Positions 37,281 to 49,205 of a DNA stretch of 64,000 nt are shown here, piece by piece (positions within the stretch are counted from its first letter, which is position 1; every line of letters begins with the position of its first letter). The stretch is taken from NCBI GenBank assembly GCA_028534125.1, contig CM052816.1:72914001-72978000 (forward strand). Reading direction: 5' to 3'. The position numbers and the translations under genes are program-made. Source of the stretch: Lama glama. Its lineage: Eukaryota. The notes under the pieces are model-generated. The model did not search any database. It was not told the DNA's origin and worked only from the letters and a program-made list of their open reading frames with translations.

Positions 37281-37996
37281 GATTTTAGTCTGTGGAGTGG
37301 TTTCCTGCGACAGAAATAAAACTGAGGAACTCAATATTGAATAAACTCTGAAGAAAATAAAAACATCTATGCCAATACATGTGCAAACTGAGTAAGAGTA
37401 TTTATGGGAGAAATATAAGATAAATGATAGAATGACAGAAATGTCTTAATTGGAACAGTGGAATAGCAGGTGGAGGTATAAAACTGCAGTTTTCTGTGTG
37501 GTTCAACATTTCATGGGCTCATAGAAAAGTCAGATGAATTTTAGAGTATCATTCCTGAGTTGACAGAGAATTTGCCTTTTGAAATATTAGGAACAGCATT
37601 TGGCTAATTGCTCACTGCAACCCTGTGAACCCGCTGAACTACTAGAAGAGTAAAGCTAGGAGAAACCTGCTCAAACTGGGAAAAATAGATTAGATAGGCA
37701 CCATCAATCTTTTATCAGATATAATATATTATTTCACATTTATGCAGAAAGCTAGGGGCAAAAAAAGTCCCTGGGAAGATCAAACTGGTGTGAAATTATG
37801 CACACAGAACAGATGAAAGCCTGCACTGAAATACAGGCAATTCTTACATCGTAGAAGACAGATGGGGGTTTTTTAATGGTTACATTCTCTCATTTTCCAA
37901 ATGAAAATATTTGTCATCTGTGGACCTGATTTCCTGATATTTTTAGGATAAAGAGAAGACTCTCTAATATTACACTAATTATTTTGGGGATAGTGA

Positions 37997-38049
37997 CTAA
38001 AAATAGTGTTTTTAAGGATATTTATGCCTGGGTGTTCACTAGAGGGCTG
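37997..38049 (+). promoter_or_regulatory. Perfect MEF2 site next to a CTCF-like motif
   Basis: CTAAAAATAG 37997-38006 and TCACTAGAGGGCTG 38036-38049 (12/14 match to CCASYAGRKGGCRS). Motif match only. Confidence 0.35.
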
Positions 38050-41000
38050 TTGAGTGTTCATAAGGTATTCTGAGCAGTTAATTTAATTGATCTGCAAATG
38101 GACGGCATTAAGACAGTCTGGTCAAATGCCTAACAGTTTGATAAGACTTGAATTTTCCCCTTTGGGTTGCCAATGATACAATTATAATGTTGATACTGTA
38201 AACCCAGTAATGTGCTTTTGCTTTCAGGGGGCTAAGGGAATATTTAAAGTCAGCGATTCTTCATTTCACTGCTTTCTACTCTAAAAATTAGAGCAACCTT
38301 GAAACGGATGGGTATAATATACAAGTAAAACCATAAGAGACATTCCATGATGTGAGGAGACTCTAGGCTAACTTGATTTCCTTCCCACCACCATGCACTT
38401 TTCCCCTTCCTATCCTTTAGCTGTTTTGATGCTGTAGAGCCTAAAAAGAAACCCACAGCATTTCTGATTTCTTCTGATTGTTCATTGTGACATCCGGCTG
38501 TAAGCCTTTTACTTCATAAAGGTCAAGTAGTACTTGTAGACTTAAAATGGAAAAATAGAAATCATATCTTCACTCTGCCAAGCCCGGTGGATTTTCAGTA
38601 TTGTTCAGTGGATTAACTGAACACATGCATTTGTTAATTACCTACACTACATCAGTACTATTGACAACATAATCTCTCAATGCCTTGGAGCAATGGAGTG
38701 TTTAGCCAATAATTAATTAACTACTCAAGATAGTAAAGGTTTAAGTGTTGAACTGTCTTTTACTGAATCTTAATTCACATCAGGATTTTTAGGTAAGTGG
38801 AGAAGAAGAAAAGTGAGAGGAATTGGGGGTCGGTAGAATGACAAGAACCTGCAAGAACAGATACATAATAGAAATCATGCTTCATGTTAATTATTGAGTT
38901 TCCTCCATTTTACACTGAACTCATCCATAGATAAGCCTTTCAGATAAGCTCCAGTTCCAAGTGTTTTAATAGTGGGTCAGAGAGCATGTGGAGAGAGAGA
39001 AATGAAAAGCGATGTACAAGGATGGAAAAGGCACTTTGCTATTCCCCTCTTATTTCCTCTTCTGTCATCTCAACATCTCAGTTCTTCAAGGGAAATAACT
39101 AGACCCAGAAATAAGGAGTTCCTGGGAAGATTCCAGGAGAATTAGTTGCCTAGTCTGAATTCTTTCATTTTGAAGAAAGCAGACACAATCTCTATACTAA
39201 CTTTTTGGCACCTAAACAGGTGGGGGTTATGTTTAGGAAAACGGAAAAAAAAGGTCTAAGTTTGCTTGTTTATTTCCAGGAATAAATGTGTTATATGTTT
39301 GCAGGCTAGTTTGTATGACTTTGCATATGTATTTCCCATACAGTACATGTCATTTTCAGGAAGTTCTTACTCTGTATCAAATCTGATTGAATAATTAATT
39401 AAACTATATACAACTGCTGCCTAGTTTACTGCTTTTTAAAATGGAGTTTATACCCAGTAGAATTGTGGACCAGGTAGCTTTACACTCTCAATGGATTATA
39501 ATTAAAAACAATGCATTCACGTTACCACATTCTTAATCGTTCCTAGGACAAGCACTTCTTGCAAAACTCCTTGCAATTAATTTTGTAAACTTCCCAATTA
39601 GTCAGACTTATTCTGGGAGGAAGTAGTAGCTGTTCTTCTCATTAGTGTGTTCAACTATAAGACAGGAAGGATTTGAAAATAACCAGGAAGCCAGGTAAAT
39701 TAAGGTCAATGCTTGCAACTTTTAAATAAATGTTTTATCGTTTCCTGAGTTTCTAAAAGAGCATTTATTATTTTGGTGGAGGCTGATGGAGTGAGGTGGA
39801 GGAGAGAAAGGAGAATCAAGCTTGTGACAGGATTTCTAAACTTGGTTCAACATCCATTATCTCAAAGGTGACTGTGTCATAATGACAGATCAGGAAGGGG
39901 GAGTACTGATGATGAGCTGGGGTGGGGTGGGGTTTAAACACAGTCACAGAATGCTCATTAGTTACATTAATCTTGACCTAATGGAAGTCTTGGCTGAGGA
40001 AGGTGGCACTTACATGAATGAGACTAATGTTCTAAGTGCAGGATGCTGGCAGAACAGAAAGTAAGTTACCAGAAGGTCACGGGCCATAATCTCAATATTT
40101 AGTTTATGGATTCTGAGAGATGAGTGATGAAAAATAACCATTGCTTAAAAAATATTTGGTAATGAAAATTGGTTTCAAACCCCATAACACACACACGCAC
40201 GCACTATAGCTCTATGATAAAAGTTTAATTTGGGATAAGTGCTAAATTCACTTGCTTAATCTCCTTCGAGATGTCATTATTTATGTTTAGTCAAACATAC
40301 TCTCCTTGTTACCTATGAATAATAGTTTTAAAATATGAGAACTGTGGAAAGAAGCCCAAGTTGCAAAATTAAAAATAAAAGTGTATGTGCTGACAGTCTC
40401 CTATCAGGTAACTATATTTGGACCCCAAAGCATTTTAAAATAACTAATGGTTGAACTGCAAGAATGTCAGAGTCCATAATTTACCATTTCCTTTGTTTCA
40501 TTTAGTTATAAATTAGTAAATTAGAGCAGTTGTGGGACAAGACTCTTTCACCTCTGCTTGTTTTTTTTTTTTCCGAATTGGAATTTTGAGGAGTATCTGT
40601 ATTAGCACAGTCTCTTGCCTTTGTGTCCAGCAGCAGGGAATAAGCCAATTACTATCTCGTTAAGAGATACTCCTTGAATGAATTTTGGTAATTAAAATTA
40701 TACTGAAATGGTCCTATGTACCAGGCTGTCAATGTCAGATTTGGGGCAATCTAAAACTTGAACAGTATCACTCTCGGAAGTCAATCTGTTTCTTGAACTC
40801 TTGTAAGGTTTATTTCAGGTAACAGTTAATAGTATATTGATTGGTAAACTGAGGTGGGGGACGGAAGGACAGAGGATAGGATAAGGAATATTAATTTTTT
40901 TTTTTGAAATTGACTAGAACTTAGGCCTCCTAGGTTGTTCATGTGATAATGCAAAGGTCCTCTATCTTATATTAGAAAGACTTAGGCACTAAACCAAAAC

Positions 41001-41524
41001 AGACTTTTCTAAAGGCATATACTCGTATTTCAAACCCTATATTTAAAGACATGGAAAGCTAAATCTAAGGAAAGATAAACCCGAGGAAAAGCATGCCAAC
41101 ACATAGGATTTCTTCTCCTTTGTAAAGTTTTTCTATAGTTTTAAGTTTTCCTAAGCAACTAGTTTCTCAGGTTGTAGCAGAGTTAAGTTCATTTTCACCA
41201 CATCACCGTGGGATAAGTGATAGGAATATGCCAAGGAAGGAATTATAAAATAGATTGTTCCCTAAGCATTTGGGCTTAATCAGCTTCTTCAACACTAAAC
41301 TGCTGATTAAAATTAGCAAAATCTTCTAGGCACTTGGAATGTAACATTGAACAAAATAGAGAAAAATGCCTCTTTCTTAAAGCTCACAGTCTATTGGGGA
41401 AAGGCAAAAAAAAATTTTTTAATGTAAGTATCTATTAATAAACAAATAGCACTGACTGTGTCAAGTGCTGTTCAAAATGTTTTATAAATATTAATGCATT
41501 TGATCCTTGCTACAACCCTGAAGC

Positions 41525-41817
41525 TGGAGTGTGAAGTGGCGTGTTACTTGAAGGTAGATTGTACTAAGTTAAAGGTGTCTGCCACAAATCCTGAAGCAAC
41601 CACTGTGAGATTGGTAACACTCTGATACAAAAACTTGACAAAAACATTGAAATAACAAACTACTGGCAAATATCCTTTATGAACATAGATGAAAGATTCT
41701 TATCAAATTTTAGCAAAAACAATCCAATATAAAATTGAATATTTTATAAATATATATATGCCAATGATAATAAGTCATGAGCAAGTTAGGTTTATCCCAG
41801 GAATGCAAGGTTGGTTC
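41525..41817 (+). mobile_element. Old L1 fragments including an ORF2 RT-region motif
   Basis: 41782-41817 translates QVRFIPGMQGWF (L1 ORF2 QVGFIPGMQGWF), preceded by YWQISFMNIDEX, similar to L1 YRPISLMNIDAK. Confidence 0.85.
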
Positions 41818-42617
41818 CCTACCCTACTGCTCTCTCGTTCTCCAACTTTAGCACTATTTGCTAATTTATATTCATTCTACAAGTATTGCCTCATTGTAGG
41901 ATTTTTTTTTTTAATTTCAAAGGCTGATTAGTTTCCTTTTCCCCATTCTTTCCCTGTCTTCTATACTTTGCTACTCATTATGGCAATTGCTATGTTCTTG
42001 TATAGTTGCTTCTGTTATTAGATTACACATTGTTGGAAGCTGAGGCTGGGTCGTATATATCTCTGAATTTTTGAAACCTGTCATTCTTCTGTTGCTCAAT
42101 ACTTATCTGTTGGATTGAACAGAACTAGAGGGAACCCAAACAGGCCTTAACTCCAAATTTTCCCTATTTTCCTATTGTTAAAATTTCTTCCTTAAAACTT
42201 ATGTCCTTGGGAAAATGCTCTGCCCTTTATTAGTATGTAAATACTTTTGACTACTTAACACATTTCAGATTTTGTCAGATATTTACACCCTAATGTTAAT
42301 TGCTTTATCAAGTCTTTCTATTGCTATTGTTTGCTGCCAGCAGGTTTTTAATAAGGGAATATGTATGAGTGTGTGTGTATGTGTGTGTGTAAAGAAAAAA
42401 GAAAGGAGAAAGAGCCTAAATTTAGTTAATGCCTGGAGGGGAAGATAATTGATAAAATTTAGCACAAGAAAGGTTTGTCTAGAACCAAAGGGGACAAAAC
42501 AAGTGAAAACTTGAAGTAGAATAATAATTTGGTCCCTTGCCTGAGGTGACTGAAAAATTTGGAGTCATTAAATATTTTTTAAATATTTGTTCAAACATTC
42601 ACTAGGAGAATGACAAG

Positions 42618-42676
42618 ATAATGGAATACTATTCAGCCCTAAAAAGGAGGAGATCCTGCCATTTGAGACAATGTGA
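42618..42676 (+). mobile_element. Very short L1 ORF2-end sliver
   Basis: ATAATGGAATACTATTCAGCCCTAAAAAGGAGGAGATCCTGCCATTTGAGACAATGTG (MEYYSALKRRRSCH-like). Confidence 0.8.
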
Positions 42677-42688
42677 TTATTGATGCTC

Positions 42689-42746
42689 ACTAGACACTCT
42701 ATCTTCATCTGTGTTTTACTAGACACTCTATCTTCATCTGTGTTTC
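42689..42746. repeat. 29-bp tandem duplication
   Basis: ACTAGACACTCTATCTTCATCTGTGTTT(T/C) x2. Confidence 0.95.
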
Positions 42747-43814
42747 ACATGAAAACAATACAAAACAAAGCACCAAATCCCAACAGACATGATACAATTC
42801 ATATTTAATGCACCTTAATTTTGGAAATAAATATGTTAATTTAGGATGACTGCTCTAGACCATTTCCCAATACATGTACAACTTCAGTTTCCAGGAGATT
42901 CTGCTGCGTTTTCAAATGAATGTTATTGTAACACATACAATAAGATGTTAAAATGAAACATTTTTCTCAGTTTTAGCTAAGGTGTCAGAAATCCAAAAAC
43001 AACAACAAAAAAATAGATGGCATATAGTCTCACATTTCAAACAGAGGTGGTAGACATATTATGCAGTATCTATAAAAAACAAGGTAGAGAACTTTTTATG
43101 AGGCCATAAACCAAGAACTCACCTCTAAAAGAGTTAGTGCTGAAAAGTCTGAGAGAAGCTATCTGTTTGGGAAAAAAAGTTGTACTGAGACCCTATGGAA
43201 TTTTACTATTCCATACAGGAAGAAGTGAAAAGACCAAGTAAGAGAGACCTTAATACTATGTGCCCTGAACTCTTAACTTATAACTTGAAAAGTCTAAACT
43301 GAAAAATGGATGCTAGAAGCTCTGAATGAGAACAGGCAGCTGCGTTTGAGGGTTCTAGAATCCAAGATTTTCTCAGTACCCAGGATGCATTAGTATTTCT
43401 CCAAGGACCAACTTTGAGTCTCACAGAAGAATATGGAGGCACTTCAAACCTTGCCTCATAGTAACATCAGTGTACATCGTAGAGTACTGAGCTCCAGGGA
43501 CTGAAAAATGACATGTACTTAGCTAGATGAAAATGCATGGCCCACTTATTGGGAAGCACAGTCAAATGGTCCTGGAGGAAGGCTTCTAGTGAAGCAATAA
43601 AGCATCTGTTCTCTCTTGCATCACTAAACCCAGGAAGCACCAATGTGAATTACACTGGGTACCAATTTAAAAAGATATTACTTTTGTCCCTTACATCATT
43701 TCCCTCTCCTGCTTCATCCCTGGAAGAGCCAAAGGCAGTTTCTTAAGTGGAGAATAAAAGAAGAAGAAATAAGAAACTTAATTGTTCCCTATTTCCCAAA
43801 CCTAAGGCAGATCT

Positions 43815-44645
43815 TTTAATTCCTACATACTTCAGTGTGTATTTCCTAAAAACCAGGACATTCTTTTGCATGATATTACAATGATTGAAGTAAGAAATTA
43901 CTTGATACAATATTGTTATCTAATCTATAAACCTTAGTGGAAATTCTACTAATTTTCTCACTAGTCACTTTTACAGCAAAAGAATGTATACATATATATA
44001 TATAAGCATATATATATATTTTTTTCCTGATCCAATATTCGATCCAAAATCACAAATTACATTTATAGGTCATTTATATTTAGATGTCTTTAACCTGGAA
44101 AAGCATTTGATGATATTACCTGATCTTCACATGATCGATGACTTCAGGCCAGACTGTATGTAGAGTTCTCTTATTGCATCTGTTTGTTTGTTTGGAGCTT
44201 TTCTTATGATTAGATTCAGGATCTGCATTTTTGGCAAGAGCATCCCAAAAGTGATAGTGTGTCCTTTTCAATGCATAATGTCAGGCAGCACCTGACACCG
44301 ATTGTCTCATTACTGGGTAACCATGATCCCTTGGTTAGGTGGTGTCTACCAGATCTGTGTACTGTAATATTTGTTCTAACTGTTTTTAATTAATAACTAT
44401 CTTGTGGGGAGATTCTATATGAGTTGGTAAATATCCTGGTTTTCATCATAATTTCACTCACTATCATTCACTCACACAATTCCTACCTAAACAAATATTA
44501 TGGTAATGCCTGGGAAGTGGGTAGTTTTGTAATTCTAGCATTTCTTCCATGTTTATTGAAATTCTCCTGTAAGTAAACATTTCCTCTCTCTCCACTTACT
44601 TATTTTATTCATTTATATTGACATGGACCCCCGGATCTTAATTTA
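43815..44645 (-). mobile_element. L1MC4/5-like 3' UTR fragment
   Basis: ACTTCAGTGTGTATTTCCTAAAAACCAGGACATTC...ATGATTAGATTCAGG..TGCATTTTTGGCAAGA...TTGGTTAGGTGGTGTCTACCAG. Confidence 0.75.
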
Positions 44646-45255
44646 CTCTCCGAGTAGGAAAGAGTCCATCCCCTACACTAACTATCAAACAACAGTATTG
44701 TGCTTCACTTTGGGCCAATTTAGATTACATTTCTACATTGAATCAAACACTGTAACCAGATGATTTGCACACTTGTCATCTTAGGCCTATTTGAAATATC
44801 TATCAGTAGAGTTTGTGATGGGCTCAACCTCACCCAAACCACGAGCTGCTATACAGTGGGGGTGAAAATGAACTGATGCTGCAGAAACGTCCACAATATA
44901 CAGAACACCTGGTAACCACTTCAGGTGTACCAGTATATCTGTTTGAAAGTAGGGGTAGAGGAGGTACTCAGTTGGTACAGCTGCATAGATCATTTCCATA
45001 TTTCCACTTTAGAATTCCATGAGGAGTTCCTCTTTCCTTTAACTTGAGATGCTCAGACTCCCAATATCTATAGGGCTTTTATCCTTGGGCCAAATTAAAA
45101 ACAATGTTTTAGATTCTCTCCCTATCCCATATATCTCTGTTCTTACTGATCATCGGATAGCAAGGGGTGGATAAGGGGAGGAAAAATTTAAAGACATTCT
45201 CATGTGTCTCCTTTTCCCTTATACACTCTATTTCAAAACCAAAAGAAAACTTGAG

Positions 45256-46283
45256 CTTTTCCACACTACCCAGAGAGGGGTCCATATGGCGCTGTTCCGG
45301 ATTCCCATCGTAACTTAAAGGGAAACTTTCACAATGTCCAGAGCCCTTGATGTCCTGCAAATGAAGGAGGAGAGTGTCCTCAAATTTCTTGTGGCAGGAG
45401 CCCCCCTAGGTGGCAGCAACCTTAACCTCCAAATGGAGCAGTGCATCTACAAAAGGAGAAGTGATGGCATCTACATCATAAATCTGAAGAGAACCTGGGA
45501 GAAGCTTCTGTTGGCAGCTCGGGCCATTGTTGCCATTGAAAACCCAGCTGATGTCAGTGTCGTATTCTCCCTGAATACTGGCCAGCGAGCTGTGCTGAAG
45601 TTTGCTGCTGCCACTGGAGCCACGTCTATTGCTGGCCGCTTCATGCCTGGAACCTTCACTAACCAGATCCAGGCAGCTTTCCGGGAAAGCTTTCTGGTGG
45701 TTACCGATCCCAGGGCTGATCACCAGCCTCTCACCAAGGCATCTTACATTAACCTGCCTACCATCGCTCTGTGTAACACAGACTCCCCTTTATGCCATGT
45801 GGATATTGCCATCCCATGCAGCAACAAGGGAGCTCACTCAGTGGGTCTGGTGTGGTGGATGCTCGCTCTGGGAGGTTCTGCGCATGCGCGGCACCATCTC
45901 CCAGGAACACCCGTGGGAGGTCATGCCTGATCTCTACTTCTACAGAGATCCTGAAGAGACTGAGAAGGAAGAGCAGACTGCAGCTGAAAAGGCTGTGACC
46001 ATGGAGGAATTTCAGGGTGAATGGATGGCTCCCGCTCCTGAGTTCACTGCTACTCAGCCTGAGGTGGCAGACTGGTCCAAAGGTGTTCAGGTGCCCTCTG
46101 TGCCTATTCAGTGGTTCCCTACTGAAGACTGGAGTGCTCAGCCCGTCACCAAGGACTGCAGCTCCCACTGCTCAGGCCAGCGAATGGGTTGCAACAACCT
46201 CCGAGTGGTTGTAAGCTGTTCTTTCCACAAACTCTTAAAATGGAAATAGATTGACAGAAAATAAACAGTTTCTAAAAATAGAA
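45256..46283 (+). pseudogene. RPSA: Processed pseudogene of 40S ribosomal protein SA (uS2 / 37-kDa laminin receptor precursor)
   Basis: Intronless copy with 5' UTR from CTTTTCC (45256) and ATG at 45334 ([13 protein letters not shown]...). One codon is deleted at FRE^S, there is a +1 frameshift at ~45869 and a 5-nt deletion at ~46157. Native stop TAA 46212-46214, AATAAA 46260-46265, short A-rich tail. TSD AAAAGAAAACTTGAG at 45241-45255 and 46284-46298. Confidence 0.98.
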
Positions 46284-46489
46284 AAAAGAAAACTTGAGAT
46301 AAGGTTATTTGTTACAAAGAAATATTGGTAAGAAAGTTAACGTATTTTAAGAAATTTAACATGTTTGAATTTAGAACTGAATATGATCCTTTATTTCCAT
46401 TATGGCAAGAAAAGAAAAATGGAAAAGCTGTCAAGGTTTAATAATAAAACATTTCCAAGATTACTTGTACTGTAACTCAGTAGTTTCAA

Positions 46490-46710
46490 CTTTTTTTGGT
46501 ATACATGTATTTTTTATTGAAGTAGAGTCAGTTTACAATGTTGTGTCAATTTCTGGTGTACAGCACAATGCTTCAGTCATACATGAACATACATATATTT
46601 GTTTTCATATTCTTTTTCACCATAAGTTACTACAAGATACTTAATATAGCTCCCTGTGCTATACAGTATGAACTTCTTGTTTATCTATGTTATATATATT
46701 AGTTAATATC
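46490..46710 (-). mobile_element. Camelid/cetartiodactyl L1 3' end
   Basis: TTTTTTATTGAAGTAGAGTCAGTTTACAATGTTGTGTCAATTTCTGGTGTACAGCACAATG...CCCTGTGCTATACAG. Confidence 0.88.
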
Positions 46711-47833
46711 TTTTCTATTTTCTGTTTATGACTTACAAGACTTTGCAGTGTGGGAAAATGTTCACAGAAATGAAAGCATTTAATTGACACTTTTTGTTTT
46801 TGATTTCTTCTTGCTAAATGTGTGTTCTTGTGCCTTAAAAAAAAAAAAACTAGGAAAATTTCTAAATGTGATGCATACCTGCCAAGAGAAGAAAACTCTC
46901 ATTCTTAGGAAGATAGACAATTGCATTAGGATAGCCTGACAAAAATAAAAATTAATTATTTGTAAGTCTTAAGGGAAATCATTAGACTAAACAGGAATGC
47001 TAACAGAACATACTGTTTAAGGGGAAAGGAGGCTCTTTTCCCATCATACTGACTAATTAATGCAGAAACTAAACATAAATATAATAATCATGGTGTATTT
47101 GTTTCCACTGCATTGTGTGAATGAATGTCTCCAAGGAATAGACAATCAGGCGGAATCAGAATTAAGGACATCTTTCCTGAATTTCAAAGTCCCAAATTAG
47201 CATTAACTGTTATTCAGAATACCGATCTTCAAAACTATCTTGCTGAAATCATCTTTGTTTTTGGAATACATTCCTTATTATTTGTTCAGTGTTTTGAATG
47301 TAGCTCCTCAAAGAGAAAAAATTTGCTAATTAAATTCCTTACAAGGATGTAGAAGAACAGAGACCATAATCCCGTCCCGAGTTAATGGGTAGATCCTTGG
47401 GGCTCAGTCCACTGCACAATGACATGAAGAAGGAGACAATGGACCTTAATTCCTGATAGGCTACAAGCATTCTTGTGATAAATAAGATGAGTAGCCCCAA
47501 GGCATGTTAAGACGCATATGGAATTCACCATCATAATGGGGAAAATACAGCCTCCAGAGGGAAGGACCCAGAAGCCTGTAAAAGAAGGGCAGAGACGGGG
47601 CAGCAGTGAGTTATCCCGACACCTCCATCTTGTTGCCTTCCATAGAGATTGTCCCAATAATAAGCAGGGTTGATAATGTTCAGGCAGCAGTGTAAATTTC
47701 TGGCTAGATGGGTAATATGGGCAATGTCTATACACTGCCTTTGGAAGCGAGAAGCCTACTATCCTGTGGGGATATGAAATAGTAAGTTAATTTGGTGACA
47801 CCCTCTAGGATCTTCCTTCTCTCTCTCTCCCAA

Positions 47834-47847
47834 TCGCCACCTGGCAG
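47834..47847 (-). promoter_or_regulatory. CTCF-like motif
   Basis: Reverse complement CTGCCAGGTGGCGA, an 11/14 match to the CTCF core, with the CpG retained. Confidence 0.3.
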
Positions 47848-49039
47848 AGTCAAGACTTTGCATAGAACCTGACTACCTGCAATTCTACAGGGTAATGATG
47901 ACCCAGAGAATCATTATTTTATTCCTTGGAAATTTTTTGTGACTTCGATATACTCAAGATTGATGGCCTAAGGAATATGTATGTATTAAACACAAATATC
48001 CTTTTGCACTTTTCCCTTTACTTTCATACAGGGAAGAATTTATCAATATCTAAAATTTAAAACTGTCACCATCATTATATTACTTATATATCATCAAATT
48101 TTCAGGTATTAATATGAAGAATGAACTTTAAAAAATTAAAATTTGCCTGGTGAATGAACAGAAGTATATATTGCCTGAATTTTTAAGAAATTTAAAATGT
48201 TAAAAAATTTTAAAAGACTAACAAAGAACTCACCAGAGCTCTTACTGGTGAGGTGTGTAACCTGGGTTGCTTCTTATCATGTAGTCGACTGGCTTATGTC
48301 CTGGATTCCCTGACTTGACCCATCCTCCAGGATCGTTTCCTACCAGGACTGCTGTGGGTTGGAGGAGAAGTTGGAGGCACAGGCTACAGGTAGAGATTTG
48401 GGGGTGAAAGATTCTGAAGACCTCTGAAAGCATGTGAAGGAACGGAGGGATAACCTGAGCATTCCTTTCTTGCACCAGCTGGAAGCATTTTTCCTCCTGT
48501 CAGCAATAAGCTAATTGCTCTGTTCAGTCTTCAGGTATGCCAAACCGAGCTCTGTTGGGTTGTTGCTCCAGTCAGATGGCAGAAGACCCTTCATTCCCTC
48601 AATCTGTAGATTTCCAATCTGCTCACTTGGTTACCTTCCTCTATGAATAGTTTTCCAGTGTGGACTCTCTCCAGATCTTTTTTACTCTCCCTTATGTCTC
48701 ACATCAGCTGGTACAGATTTAAATGTTACCATGTTGTAACAAGGAGCTCTGACTGAATCTAGGTTTAGCAAGATGGGGTGTCCTTTATCTTACGCAAAAT
48801 ACATTTAATTCCTAAATCAAAGTGGACAGATATTACAACAAGGCCTCCTTTTCAGGGCAGCCTAACATGTTTGTATTTTTGTAGGAAAGTCATGGAGCAG
48901 TGGATGGGTGCTAAACCAGTTCTAAGAGGAGGTTACTGGAGAAGCAAGATGAGAAGGAAAGCAACCATGTAGGTATCTTATCTGGCAGTGATGCAAAGCC
49001 AGAAATTAGGGGGAAGAATCACTAGAAAACGGCAGATGG

Positions 49040-49205
49040 CAGAGGTTAAAAGCCTACATTTGGGGCTCAGACCACCTAGATTTGGAACCTAATTTACTAT
49101 CTTAATGCTTTGATTTTCTCATAAGAAGTGGGGCCAGTATTCTTCACTACCTATTTTTAAAGTTGTTATGTCAATTGCAAGGGCAATCATTAGTAGGTGC
49201 TAATT
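49040..49205 (+). mobile_element. Degenerate MIR
   Basis: AGAGGTTAAAAGCCTACATTTGGGGCTCAGACCACCTAGATTTG...TTTTCTCATAAGAAGTGGGG. Confidence 0.5.

Noticed and set aside
45406..46249. Overlapping and antisense ORFs of 62-215 aa over the RPSA copy
   Set aside because: Shadow frames of the former CDS. The 215-aa ORF is merely the post-frameshift RPSA frame with no ATG start.
47382..48640. GC-richer patches with ORFs (47382-47735, 48242-48475) as coding exons
   Set aside because: Peptides unrecognised and no consistent splice-site pairs. They may be old LTR remnants or enhancers, but I cannot support a call.
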